Positions 10,094 through 23,500 of a stretch of DNA of 64,000 nt are shown one piece after another (within the stretch, counting starts at the first letter, position 1; each line of letters opens with the position of its first letter). A program made the position numbers and the translations under genes. The notes beneath the pieces are model-generated. The model did not search any database. It was not told the origin of the DNA and saw only the letters and a list, made by a program, of their open reading frames with translations. The DNA comes from Raillietiella orientalis (Eukaryota): assembly GCA_036172245.1 (NCBI GenBank), contig JAYWIR010000005.1:2356001-2420000 (forward strand). The letters run 5' to 3'.

Positions 10094-13000
10094 TGTTTTC
10101 GTGTAAGTGTAATGCTTGTGAAAGGCATCCACGATGTCCTCAGACGACTGTCGCTTTTGGCCGTCGTACTGGATGCAGAAGATATCTGTGACCAGATTTC
10201 TCTTCTCCAGCACGCCGACTTCCCCTTTTATGTTATTGAGGACGTACCGACTCTCGTACTGATCAAAGTACTTTGAGAGGAAGCGATCTTGGATGTTCAG
10301 CTCCCGGTACGCCTCTTGCCTCCAGCGCCTATCTCCGAACTGCATGTTCGCAAACAGGTGTATTTTGTGTTTCAGGATGTCCCAGTCGGCGACTCTTCGG
10401 ATTGTTGTTGCCCTCAGAATCGCCTCCAGGACAGCCTGATGTCCGGAATGGGTTTCGAACCAGGCGGGCATGCTGATGAGCGCCGCCCTGGTGCCTTGCC
10501 TCCGCCGAGGATTCTCCGTTCTTAGGGAAAACCGCACCAGGGGGTGATCGGACACCGTAGTCATAATGTCGCGAAACCCGTGGATGCGGTTCTTAAGTTC
10601 GGTGCTGTGCAGGACGTGATCGATCGGCTTGTGGCTTGCTGCTCGCCAGACCAGTCCGAACTCGTCGGATAGCCGTCGATACGCCGTCCTTCCTCTGGCG
10701 TCTTCTGAATGAATGATCTCATCCAAGATGTTGAGATCGCCAGCAACAATCACGACGTCCTTGGAAGCAACCTTTTCACGGAGTGCTGCATGCAGCGCCT
10801 CCGCACAACGATGTTTTAGACTGTGCGGCCCGTACACGTTCACCAGGATAAGGTGAACAGTTGCGGACCAGGCCAGTCGCACGCCGATGGTTCGTCCGGG
10901 TTGGGAGCAAAACACTTCCAGAATAGAGGGGACCAAGTGGTTCTTTATTAGCACCGCCACACCCCTGATCCATGTGTTCCGTGTTCGTGTTCCGTTCTCC
11001 TTCGCTGACGAACATCTGCCCGTTGAATCGCCGTTCCATTCGCTGGCTGATCTCGAGACCCATCCTGTGGGTCTCCTGCAGGCACACGATGTCTTGTTGT
11101 GCGATGATCCGCACAATCCTTCTTCTTTTTCCCTGGTCGACCACACCGTTTACGTTCCAAAAGGCGGTGTTCAGCCTCCTGGCGGTCGATAGGGAAAAGG
11201 TCATAGAAGGGGAAGACCTATTTCTTGGCCTTCCTGAGCTTCTTCTGTCTGGGAGAGCGTGCTCTTCAGACGTCGAAGAAGCAGCGGGCTTCTCGTTGCC
11301 GGCGTCACTCTCCGTACCTGTGAGGTCGGCAATTTCCGCCTCCTCCGTAGAGTGTTCCGCCCGCGCGATCAATTTTCGAGATAGCGCCTCTATCTCGACC
11401 TTGGCTTAGAAGTTCGCCTTCACGTCGAGAAGCTGTTCCTCTAACTTCTCGCGTTTAGCGACCTCCACAACCTGGTTGATGTTCTGTTGTGTGGTGCAGA
11501 TCTTCTGCAAGATTTTCTCTTGCTGAGGACCGCTCTGCACCTCCATGATCTCCTCCGCCAGTGTTGCCAACTCCTCCGTGGTCTGCAGAGCCTCCTGCGA
11601 CACTTTAGTGGCTTCCTCTCTCTCTTCCTTCGCGCCTTCCTGCGTTACCTCCATCTTCTCGCCTTCCTGCTCTGCTGCTTCTAGGATTTTAGGAATTCCT
11701 TGCTCCTTGACGAGCATCCTCCTCTTTCCTTTCTTTTCCACTTCTATGAAGGCGTTTGCGGACACCGGGACGGCTTCTTTTACCTTCTTCGGCCTTCCTG
11801 CCTTCTGAGGCTGTTCGGCCACCTTGATGTTTCTCTCTCTCACGGGAGAGAGACCTCGAATCCTTCTGCAGTTTTCAAACTTCGGACAGCTCCCTTCCGC
11901 ATGTCCGTGTTTCTTGCAGAAGGAGCACACCTCCGGCTGCGGGCAGTTTCGGACTTGATGTCCTACTTTGCCGCAGCGAAAGCAGCGGCAAGTTGGGCAA
12001 GCGCCGGCCCTGTGGCCGAACTGCTTGCACCCGGTGCAAAATACCGGTTGTTGCCGGTAACGCACATTCACTCCCTGGGATTGTTCGTCAATAACGGCCG
12101 ATCCAGGATCACCGCTCCCTCCTTCAACTTCATCTAGGCCATCATGTCGCCAGAAAATATGTTTCCAGAGAAGTTCTGGAAATCAAGGTCCAGAACTTCC
12201 CCAAACTGCTCCATGTAATTCCACACCGCTAGTTGCGGTGTAAGGATGGTGATGCCGTTTAAAAAGACGGTTGTGTATGGCATCTCGCCAATACCACAAA
12301 CCATCCGTCCTTGTATATTGATCCCCTTCTGGATCAATCGCTCTCTATTATTTTCACAGTCTGTAAAGACTGTGAACCCGTTGCTCGATGGAATGATCGC
12401 CTGAATGCGATCAAAGTCTATGTGCGTCTTTTCGAGAGACAAATAGACCTCCCTGATGTTATTAAATTTTATTAGCCCAGTCTTGAAGATAATGGGCGTC
12501 ACGTTGGGGTCTATTTCGGCTATTGGTCGGTCCACTTTTAGAACTTTTCCGCTAAGCGGCTTACAAAATTTCCTAGGTGGGTGGACACTCGCCTGTCCAG
12601 CCGCCACCGACGCATAAGAAAAGGGCTGCGACGCCGAAGCCGAACAAGATGGCGTCGCTCCCTGCACCGCGTGGACGGCCGCGGGTCTTGCCTGGGACGC
12701 CACCGCCGCGGGCGCAAACCTCGACGTTGCCGCCGTTACCGCCGCGGGCGGCACCCTCGGCATCGCCGCCGCAGGCGCGACCTTCCCCGCCGCGGGCACG
12801 ACCCTTGGCATCGCCGCCGCCGGTGCAGCAAAGCCCGCCGCGGGCGCGATTTTCGGCATGCCTGCCGCCACCTCGCCGTTGCCGCACGTTACCTCCATGG
12901 CTTCCATGGGGGACGATGGCCTCACCACTCCTCCAACTCCAGATGTGTGCATCCTGGCAGCTGTTCCGGCTGCTCGGAACGACTGCAGGACTTCCACCGT

Positions 13001-13180
13001 TTACTTCTCGGCGCTGCTGCTGCTGCTGATGATGGTCCCCGGTTGCACTCTTTCCACACTGGCGTTCACTCAAACACTTGCCCTCTCAGGGCACTCAAAA
13101 ATTGCCTTGGCAGTGGTTTTAAACACTGCCTTGGCGGGTTATTGGGTATAGTTTTAAACTAGCAATAATCACGCCTCCCT
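10094..13180 (-). mobile_element. Divergent L1-clade element: 5' UTR, ORF1 with three zinc knuckles, APE; 3' part missing
   Basis: ORFs 12134..12997 and 11406..12071 (CTGCKQFGHRAGAC, CFRCGKVGHQVRNC, CSFCKKHGHAEGSC). APE motifs WNVNG, LQETH, GVAVL, NVYGP, GDLN, IDH, SDH in 10776..11372 and 9779..11146. Lower GC than its neighbours. Confidence 0.88.
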
Positions 13181-16100
13181 TTCGTTCAGCGGCGGCGATA
13201 CCGCCCATGCGGAAGGCTCTTGCGAACGCTAGAGGAGTTGCTTACGCCTGCGTGTAGGCAGCACTCCAAGAGGTAGCCAAGGCTACGCCTCTTACATCCG
13301 TGCAAGCAGCGCCATCTCAGGATGGCAAAGATCACTGCGACACGAAGGAAGACGGCTGGATGCAGGTGAGAAAGATCATTAGAAAGAAACCATCGAGGTC
13401 GTCGCAGCTCTGTGTGAAGGTGAGTCGGCGAAAGAAACCCGCGAAACCTTCCCAGAAAAAGATTACGATTCTTTCCTCCTGCGCAGTCGTCCTCTCGCGG
13501 CTGGAGCGGGAAGCTGCTGCTGCGGCTAAAAGGACGAAAGTCCCAGCCGCAGTTGCAGAAAGCGCTAGGAAACAGGCAGCGAACGATTTCCCTAATTTCT
13601 GGAAACAGCAGCAGCGCCTGGCAAGCCCTTGACTGTCGGATTCACATCCAGAGTCCTACAGAAAGAGCACACAGCGCGACAATCGCCCGAAACCGCGCAA
13701 TCGCCTCCCGAAGACCCGCAAGCGCGTGGTTGCCGAGGAGGAACTGTTGCTGGGGAGCAAAGAGGAGGAAAAGGACCTCACCTCTGAGCTACCGGCAACA
13801 AGCAGTGCGGCTTCGAATGGAGATGTCCAGTCTCGGAGATCGACCGCTCAGTCTCGTGACCACTCGCCGGACAAGGCGAGAAATCTGTGCTCACCTTCCC
13901 AGCCTTAATGCAGGAAGTCGCCTCTTTTCCTCGATTCAGCGTAGCCTGTTGGAATGTCAATGGGCTGCGCGGGGACGGAAAGAGGCACGACGTGTTAGAC
14001 ACCCTGCGACATTTCGATTCGGCGATCCTTCAGGAGATGCATTACATCTCCGATGCGGAGGTTGCGGAAATCGAACAGCGCGCGGGTGGCACCCTGTACT
14101 GGCGAGAAGGTTCTGCACAATCGTGCGGAGTCGGTTTTCTCGTCAATAGTAGGATGGCAAGAGCGGTGCGCAGCGTTCGATTCGACCAGAAAGGGCGAAT
14201 GGGCCAACTTGTACTCAAGTGGTCAGATTCAATCGACCTCGTCGTAACGAACGTCTACGCGCCGGGCGGCATTCATCGGCGTGTCGAAAGAATCGACTTC
14301 TTCGACGTGCTGGAGAGCCAATGGCTTAGAAACTCAGGAGCCAGAGTGCCGCATCTCGTCGCAGGGGACTTCAACGTCCACCTGCTTTCCAACGAGACGC
14401 GGTCCCTGGCGGAACGGTCGCGGGTGGAAGAGGCATGATCGTCGGTGCACGCGCGTAACTTAGAAGCCGGCGAGCTTGGACTGGAAAGGTGCGTGGATCA
14501 CCTCTACCTCGATGAACACCTACTCTCGCGAGTGGGAAGGAGAGGCAGGGTGCCGTGCACGTTATCGGACCATGATAGGCTGGAGTTCGAGCTACTCCCG
14601 CCGGGCAAGGGTCCTCCAAACAATGTTTGGAGGATGCCATCGGATTGGCTGAGTCACCCGGAAGCGGCGGAGCATCTTCGCCAGTTCCTTCGCGGCTTTG
14701 CCATCAGGGAAATCGCAGACTGGGACCATCTTAAAAGATCGGTTCGCGAGTTTTGCGACCGGTTCCCCCTGCACTTGCTACCACGCGGTTTCGGGGAAGG
14801 CGTGGCCAATAGCAGAGCATTTCTGCAGGCGCGCATCTTCTCGAAACGTGCGGAAGTCCGGCAACTCGCAGAGTACAAGGCGAGGGTTGAGCGCCAGGTC
14901 TGGCAGTCTGGAGCGGCTATTCTGCTCGACGACCAAGGCCGGGAATGCACGGCTCCTGCCGAAGTGCGACGAGCACTAAAGCTTCAATTCTCCTCGCTCT
15001 ACGCTAAGGTCTTGTAAGGCGCTGCGCGATCCAGGGTTCGCCTCAAAGATTTGGTGGCGCCATGCCAGGACTCAGGCCTGGGCATCCTGACCATCCAGAA
15101 GATTGAAATGCAAGTGCAGTTCCGGCTTCTATCCCTATGTGGGAAATTGTGGTCTAGTCACTGGTGTGCTTCGGCTCGCCATATTCTCCAGCGATGTGTC
15201 GGCAGTGGAGGATTGCTTTCGTTGCCGCCGCGCAACCTTCGCCGGGTAACTGGATTTGGCTACCCACTGAGGCACTTGTCCTCGTTGCTGTTAGCCCATT
15301 CCTGGATTTCCTGCCGCCCCTCCAACCTGAATGCTTGGCAGCAGGAAGCTCTGAAGCACAGAACGTCCACTTTGGATGTGCGCTCAGAGCAACTGCGACC
15401 CTTACAGGGCCTCTTACGCAAGCCGCTAGGAGTGATCGTACAGGACTGGTCGCTTTGGTCCCGGATAGTCGTCTCACCCATTGCCGCAGCGCTGTCTGCT
15501 CTCAGGGCAAACAACGACATTAGCCAACCGGCAAGGTGGGAGTTCTTCTGCAGCATTTCAGGAGTGAGAAGACTGCTGAGCGGCTGGAGAACGAGCGTGT
15601 TGGTAGACGCTGCCACTCCTCGTTACCTGGCAAAGGGACTTCTTCGTTGAAGTGAGGTTCTTGGATTACTCCCCGAAGATCTCGTGGTTCCTTCCTTGTG
15701 TGTGGACATCTCCGTGTTCCCGCTTCGATGGAAACAGGATGTTCTTCTTTTTCTGCACTGGAGATTTCAGTGCAATAAGCGCAGAAACTTGGTTACAGGG
15801 GGAGTCGTCTCCACGAACTGCCTCAGGTGCGGGGCGATAGAAGCGCTTACGCACCTGCTCCTTGAGTGTAGTGACTTGAGGGAGTTATGGCGGAGACTTG
15901 CTTTGGCAATTCGTCGTCCTCAGGACACTGCCACAGACCTGCTTCGACGCTTCTTCAGCAAAGACGGACTGGATAAAGGCGCTGTTATCGCAACAATCTC
16001 TTGCATCCGCGCCAACGTGATCGCCCGCCGTAGACTAGAAGGAAGCTTGCAGCGAACGGAAGCCGCCAAAATCGCTGCGAACCTTATGAAAGCAGCTGTC

Positions 16101-16420
16101 AGGTGGCATCATCTGCCCAGAAAAGTCTCCAGGGAAGTCGCCATTGTCAAAGAGCGCTTCTAGAAAGATGAGGAATGTTTACTACCAAAGATCCGTGACC
16201 CCACCCTCCAGTGTTTTTTTTTGTTTGTTCCCTTATGTTTTGTTTATTCTGCAGACCTCTCCCTCCGTTCCTTTCTTTTGGAAGGCACCCTGCGTGCCGG
16301 TGAACTTTCGGAACTGAACTTACTGTATGGGCGTTTCTTGTGTCTCAAAAGGATGAATTTGCCTTGAAAATTGTACTTCGTTTTTACAAATAAACGTCCC
16401 GGCGCAACCGGGTTCAAAAC
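13181..16420 (+). mobile_element. L1/Tx1-like element, subfamily E-like: ORF1 tail, APE, RT core deleted, C-terminus and 3' end
   Basis: TAATG at 13906-13910. APE in 13887..14438 and 14445..15017. Sequence jumps from SSLYA to RVRLKDL at ~15010. CLRCGAIEALTHLLLEC. Terminal motif 16389-16420. Left boundary approximate. Confidence 0.87.
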
Positions 16421-19107
16421 ACATCAGCGAGGAAAGGCTTAGCACCAGAGGGACGAGCTCCGCCGCGAAGCACTGAAAGAAATCCGCGGGCAGGCCATCC
16501 TCCCAAGGCGCCTTACGCCTCTTCCGGCCCGCTATGGCAGAAGATACTTCTTCCGCCGTTAAGGGCCAATCCAATCTGGCGCGTTCCTCCTCGTCGATAG
16601 CAGGGTTGCCCTTCGGAAGAAGCAGCTCGGAGAGACTGCGTTCCGTGGGTTCCTCCGCGTACAACGAGGAGTAGTAGCGTTTGACTACGCGGTGTACTTC
16701 AGCTGCAGCCGAGCATTCCTGGCCAGCGTCATCGAGCAGACAAGCCGCTCCAGACTGCCAAACCTGGCGCTCGGCCCTTGCCTTGTACTCCGCCAGACGC
16801 CGCACGTCCGGGCATCGGGAAAAGGTACGCGCCTGCAGATAGGATCTGCTGTTCGCGACACCCTCCCCGAAGCCGCGGGGAAGCAGGTGCAAGAAGAATT
16901 GGCAGCAGAACTCGCGGACCGATCTTTTCAGATCGTCCCAGTCCTCCAGTTCACGGATGGCAAAGCCCCGGAGGTGTTGGCGGAGATGCTCCGCCGCCTC
17001 CGAATTGCTAAGCCAGTCGGCCGGCAACATCCAGACATTCATCGAAGGCCCTTTGCCAGGCGGGAGGAGCTCGAACTCCAGTCTAGGATGATCCCAAATC
17101 GCGGACAGCAGGTGCCCTCTCCGACCTACTCGTGAGAGCAGGTGTTCATCGAGGTACGCATGGTCCGGCAATCTTTCCATCCCGGACTCACCAGCAAGCA
17201 AGTTTTGCACGCGCACGGACGCGCATACCTCGCTCACCAGTTGCTCCTCCCTCAAGCGGGATCTCTCCTGTGTTAGCAGGTGGACGTTGAAGTCTCCTGC
17301 AAGGAGGTGCGTCACGTTAGGGCCGGAGTCAGCAAGCCAGCGGCTGCGCAGGCCACCCAGGAATGCAAGTTGCTGGGCGTAATGCCGGCCGCCGCTCGGC
17401 GCGTTGATGTTCGTAACGACCAGGTCGATCGAGTCGGACCACTTGAGGACAAGCTGGACCACACGACCTTCCTCGTCGAAACAAACGTTCCGCACCGCCT
17501 CCGCCACTCTTCCTCGGACGAGAAACGCGACTCCGTACGTGTGCGCGGAACCTTGCCGCCAGTGTAGCGTCCCGCCCGCGCGCTCTTCCAGATCCGATGC
17601 CTGCCGTACGGAGATGCTATGTATCTCCTGCCGCAGCACCAGATCGCACGCGCGCAAAGCGTTGGCTACCGTCCGCCTTTTGTCAGCATCACGTAGCCCG
17701 TTGACATTCCAACAGGCCACGCTGACGCGACGAGCGGACGCGAGTGCACGCATCGCTGCTGCGGACATGACGGCGTGCTCCTCGCCCCGTCCGGCGAGAA
17801 GTCAGCTGGTGGGAGAGCGGATTGGGAAGCGGAATCGCTCCCGTTCGCCGCCACATCGCGCTCAGCTGAGTCCTGGAAGCCGAGAATCATCGCCTCGGTC
17901 TTCGTGCCGGAGCCGGAACCGCCTCCGGCAACAGACTCCGGCAACTCCGCTGGACGAGTAAGCGGACGCGGACGGTTCAGCCGCCTTGATTAAGAGCGTG
18001 CCCGCACTCTTAGGCTGCTTCGAAGGGGGTGATTTGCCCTCAGGGCGACGTTGCATCTTTCCCGTCTGCGCGACTGTCTGGGATGGTGGCTTCCCTGAAG
18101 CAACCGCGCCCTTTTTTGCGGGACCGCCACTCGGAGATGCCCCGCCCTTCGCGCCCGATTTCTCACGTGGCACAACTGGGGACCTTTTCGGCGCGGACGG
18201 GGTCGATTGTTTGCGGCTTTTCGCCTGCCGCTTTCTCTTCAGCTCGGCGCACTCTTTGATGGAATGGCCGAGCTGTTTACAATAGCGGCAGTTGCGTGAA
18301 GGGCACGTCCACGGACGGTGGCCCTATGCACCGCAAATGCCGCAAGCCTGTCGCTTACAGGCAAATTTAAGGTGGACGATCGCATCGCCCACCTGCAAGT
18401 GCGGAGCCATTTGCCTCCTATCCGCCATGGTGACACGCGCCATGGCAAGTCCGCTGTGGAGAGATGTAAACCTTTTGATCGGATTGTCTGCTCTCCGCAG
18501 CGCGTGCACCGTGGCGAATGCACATAGTGCAGCGACGAGCACGCGATCGGGCGTGTCCACCTGGACGGCGGATAATCGGACCACGAACGACTGGTCCATG
18601 GCCGACAAGACGACCTCCTTCTTGCGGATATTTAGCAGGGTGCGAAGAAGGCGCTGGACTAGGGATGTCCCTTTGCAGTGCACCTCCCAGTGTCCGAGCG
18701 CGTTAACCGGCATGACGGCCAGGAGGTCGCCCTGTCGGACCCCGACGCGCAAAAGCTCGTCCAACAAATTTTCTCCGACCCCGTCGGAGATAGAAGCACT
18801 CACCGGATGGCAGAGCGCAGGCTTGTAGCCATGGGCTGCATATGCCTGCAGCTCTGCTTCGTCTGGCGGTGCTCCGTTGGCTGCCGCCGCCTTGACGACG
18901 GCGGCGAAGCTTCTCGCCGGTGGCGAGACACAAGAATAAGTGGCGGAACGGACATCGGGAGTAGAGTCTCCACTTCCAATAGCAGCCTTCACATCCTTCT
19001 TTTGCTGCAGGGGCTCCGTGGACATCCTAGTTGACGCACTAGGGCACACCACACGCAAGAAGACGGAAAGCAATCGCGCTCGAGGAGCAACACAGAACAC
19101 GTCCGTG
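16421..19107 (-). mobile_element. L1/Tx1-like element, subfamily E-like, 5' part (5' end, ORF1, APE, linker)
   Basis: 5' motif GCACGGACGTGTTCT. ORF1 18324..19100 is followed by knuckles. ORF 16320..17768 runs WNVNG/QE/GDFN to KAPWEDGLP and is cut at LSSLM. Confidence 0.92.
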
Positions 19108-20573
19108 CACCGTCGTCGTAGAGCGGATTCCCGCCATCGACGGATGCAGCGCTAAAAAAATCGCTGCTGCCCCTGCTCAACCCTCCTTTCACAAATTCAA
19201 CAAGGAGGGGAGCGAGGCGACGGCGTCCGTCATCGAGCCTACGCTCCATGCCGTCGCCTTCGAGCGCGCCGCGTTGGAAATAGCTGCCTCGTTGCAGCCG
19301 GCCGCCCCCAAGTCTGGCAAGAATGCCGTCAGGCGTCCGGCTTCCCATCACGAGTCTGCCACTCCCGACCCCGAAGTAAATGCCGGAAATAGCATCTATC
19401 TCCGCGGTACCCCGCAAAAAGGCAGGACGAAAGTTCACTATTTCCCGCAAAATCGTCTCCCCCGACGAAGGGGAAGACATGGCTTCCGGTTGCGAGGGTA
19501 CCATGAGCGTAGGAAACTCCCGGGACCCGCAGCCCGAGAGCATTCCACGCTAGGACACGGAGGGGATGGAGTCTGAACAGGTACCCCAGGTGCCTGAAGA
19601 CGTCTCCGTCCTGATTCCGATGGTCCTCGTACCGATGGACCTTTCCTACACCTGCCCCGCTGCAGGTGCCACGACGCCACTTTCCCAGCCATAATGCCGG
19701 GAATCGCCTCGTCTCCTGATCGCCTGTTGGAACGTGAACGGGCTAAGCGACGACGGCAAGAGGCGTGACGTGGCCGCCACCCTGGCATCCTTCGACCAGG
19801 TGCTGCTGCAGGAGATCTACGTGGTCTCCGCAAATCAAGCCCGGGAAATCGAACGGATCTTGAGTGGGCGGCTGTTGTGGCGCTGCGGTACCGCGAAATC
19901 TAGCGGTGTCGCCTTCCTGCTTCGGCCAGCCATCGAGACCGCAATAAAGGAGGTTCGGTTCGATGACGCAAGTCGCGTCGGTCAGCTGACTCTCAGCTGG
20001 TCCGACTCAATCGACCTGGTCGTCACCAACCTGTACGCTCCAAGCGGTAAGGACTCGATGAGGGCGAAAGCAAGAAGAGAATTCTACCTTGCCCTCGGAC
20101 GCGATTGGCTGATCGAAGCAAGTGTTCGCAAAGCGCACCTGATCGCAGGTGACTTCAACCTGCGCCTGCTTTCAGGTGCGCCGGATACACTGAACGACCG
20201 CGTCAACGAGTTGTGCGCGCAAATGCACACGTGGAACTTGCTGGCCGGAGATACGGACAGGGAACGGAGCATCGATCACGTGTACCTTGACCAGCACCTA
20301 TGCTCCCGCGTGGGCAGGCGCGGCAAGTGACCGTCCGAGCTGTTGGACCATGGCCGAATCGTGTTCGAAGTGCATCCGCACGACAACGGCCCACCCTCGT
20401 CAGCGTGGCGTCTGCCAGGGGACTGGCTGAAGTTCCCGGACGTGGCGGAACATCTCCGCGCGTTCATACGAAACTTCAGGATGCGGATGCTTCAGGACTG
20501 GGACCGCATCAAGCGGTCGGTCCAGGAGTTCTGCGACCTGTTCCCTTTGCATCGCCTACCTGCGAGATTTGGG
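19108..20573 (+). mobile_element. Subfamily A fragment: ORF1 tail and APE
   Basis: ORF1 tail homologous to 39445-39980. TAATG at ~19692. APE ORFs 19734..20330 and 20343... end at FPLHRLPARFG. Confidence 0.88.
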
Positions 20574-23500
20574 GTTGCCACCCGGGTACGCCCGGAACGT
20601 TTGATGTCAAAAACTCTACAAAACGTGGTACGAGGCCCCACTAACGGCCACACAACACAGGACCTGCCGGGACGCCGGGACGCAGCCCGGCGTGACGCTC
20701 CTCGGCAGTGGAGGGGGATAGGGATCAAAACAAAAAGAAAAATAAAGATATGAAAAGAAAAACAAAAAGAGTTTGGAGGGAGGGGAAGGAATCACAATCC
20801 ACTGGGAGGAGGGCCCATCCTTCGCAGGATGCCCTCCAGGTCCATCTTCATGCTTCCCAGATGGGGCCATCTCTCAGCTCTCCGCATGAAGCTGAATGCA
20901 TACGGGATGACATCCCTCGCGTTGGCATCCACTCCTTCGTCGCGAATGTCGCTCCAGGCCGCCACGATGCCCCGGATGCAGCAGAGGGCTGCGAGAACTG
21001 CGGCGGGCTGCAAGGCGTCACGCACGAAGAGGGGCCGAAGAACTTCTCTGGGCGCGCTGCCCATTGGGAGCCCGAGGGTCGTCCCGAACCGTTCCCACAG
21101 GGGTCGGATGGCAGCACAGTCAACAAGTAAGTGGAGGAGCAATTCCCGCTCCCCACACCTGGCACACTCAGGCCTTACACTTCCTAGCGTACAGTGGAAG
21201 CATCGCGCGTTGCAGGGTAGACCCCAGTGCAACAGTAGCAGCGCCGACTCTTGCCACTTAAGGGGGAAAAGCCTGGATCCGATTAATATTGGGTGCCACT
21301 TCAGGTCATCCTTCGGGATGCCGAGCAGCTTGCGCCATCTACGAAGTCCACGGGGGAGGGCACTCGGGGTTGTGGCATCTGCCAGTTCTCCCATGGTCCA
21401 ACCGCTCATCTTCTTTTCCTTGCCTGCGATTCGGCAGGAGACTTGCCACTTTGGCGTGCGGCCGCTGGTTGAAGCCCTTCGTAGGAAAGGCAGGGTCGAA
21501 GCTAGCGGGGTAGTCTCTGCCCCCGTGATCATGGCGGGACACTCTAGAGTAGTCCGCAGTGTGCAGTAGGGGTTAGGGCCGAATCGCAAGCGGTTCCAGT
21601 CCAGGGAAGTCTGGAGGTTCAGCTTGGCCCACGTCGCAACGGATTCCTCCAGCCAGGCGAAGGAGTTGGCGGGGCTGCATACCGTCCAGCCGTTGTCTCT
21701 CACCAGGGCTTCCATGCGCCCAAGGAGAAGGCCGCATCTTCTGACCTTCCTGCCAGAGCACAGAAGGTACGACGCGAGTCCTTGCGTCCTGGACACACGG
21801 CTGGCGAGGATGCGGGCCGGAACGCACCAAGGGGTGCTCCATGACTTTGTTGCGATGGCGAGGGTGCGCCATCGCAGCTGTATGTTCAGGCGCTCCAGCG
21901 TCAGGAGGCTGAAACCGCCGTCCCGACGAGGAGCGAGTAAGTCAACTAGAGGCACACGTGGCCTCCCGCTGCCCCAGAGGGCGATGCGGAGTAGGTCCTT
22001 TGTCCTCTTTTTAATGTCACGGGGGACGGTGCAAACAAAAAGCAGAGGGCGGAGGATGGGAGCCACGAACGCGTTCCACACCGCGGCCCGTGCCGGCAGA
22101 AGGAAGTTGCCTTCCAGGAACGGGCCGATTGCCAACTCTACCTTTTGGAGACGACCTGACCAGGCTTCTGCGAGGCAGAATTCCCCCAACGGGACACCCA
22201 GGTACTTCAGGTACCTCGCCGTGGGGATCCCCAAGCGGATCCAGTCAGGCCGTCCGACCCACGTCGCACCCACCGGTACGACCGACGACTTCGCCTTGTT
22301 TACCCGAAGTCCAGTCCCACGACTTAGAAGGTCGAAGAAATCGGCGACTGCGGCTGCCGGTGCGGACATGGGTAACATGAGCAAAAGGTCGTCGGCGTAT
22401 GCTGCTACGGCGGGCGTTCCGGGGCACGAGCTGGGCAGGGCAGCCATAGTCACCCTGTACGCTCTCATCACCAAATCAAAGTAGGTGCTAAAGAGCAGGG
22501 GACTAAGGCTATCTCCCTGCCGTATGCCCCGCCGCACCGGCACGCCGTACACCCGTTGGCTGGGAAAGCAGATGTTAAGAATGGCATTGCGCCAGCAGGA
22601 GCGCAGGAAGGAGAGAAGGGAGGGTGGGAAGCCCATGCGACCCAGGAGCTCCAACAGCAGCTCCTGGTCAACGCAGTCGAACGCCTTATGGAGATCGACC
22701 GCGATCGCGAGGGCCCCTTTTTAGCCCGGGTGTCCATTCCCAGCCCAGCTGGCGTCCCCAAAATGGGGTTGCCAATCTTTCCTCCAGTTTCATTTAGGCA
22801 GCGCTGCACATGGAACCATGTGCTCTCGAAGAACAGGTTGGCATCCATACTTCGCCCGGGAACAGCGTATGTCTGCTCTGGGCTAATTATGGAGTCTGCC
22901 ACCTGTCCTAGACGCGAAGCCCAGAGTCCAGCGACCATCTTGGCGTCCGTATTCACAATTGTGATCGGAAGCCAGTTGCCTAGGGATCTCAGGTCTCCTC
23001 CCTCCGGGAGGAGCCTCACACAGGCTGACCGAAACGAGGCGGGAACGTCGCCTTAGTTACGGATCAGCCCGGTCAACTAAAGCACCAGGGGGGCCAGCTC
23101 TGTCGCGGAACATTGAAAAAATTCCGCAGGCAGGCCGTCCTCCCCTAGCGCCTTACGCCTCTTAAGCCTCTTAATACCGGCGAGAATTTCACCGGTAGAA
23201 AAAGGCTCGTCGAAGCTGATCCTGTCCTCCTCCCCTATTGCCTGGCCTCCGTCCGGAAGCAGGAGCCTCGAGGCGTCCCGCTCTGGGAATGCCCAAGCGT
23301 AGAGGGAGGAATAATAGTGTTGCACGAGGTGCCTGATCGCGGGTTTGGCCGATCGCTCCCGGCCCGGGTCGTCCAGCAAGCTGGCCGACCCGGATTGCCA
23401 GGGTTGGCGCTCGGCCCCGGCTCGATATTCGGCTAGGCGACGGACATTGGGGGTCCTCTCTTACTGGCAAGCCTCCAAATAGGCCCTATGGTTCCAAGCC

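Noticed and set aside
9779..11146. 455-aa ORF as a single novel protein (likewise 2986..3990, 6094..6624, 37670..38254, 47150..48022)
   Set aside because: These frames read across junctions between different elements and are accidental chimeras.
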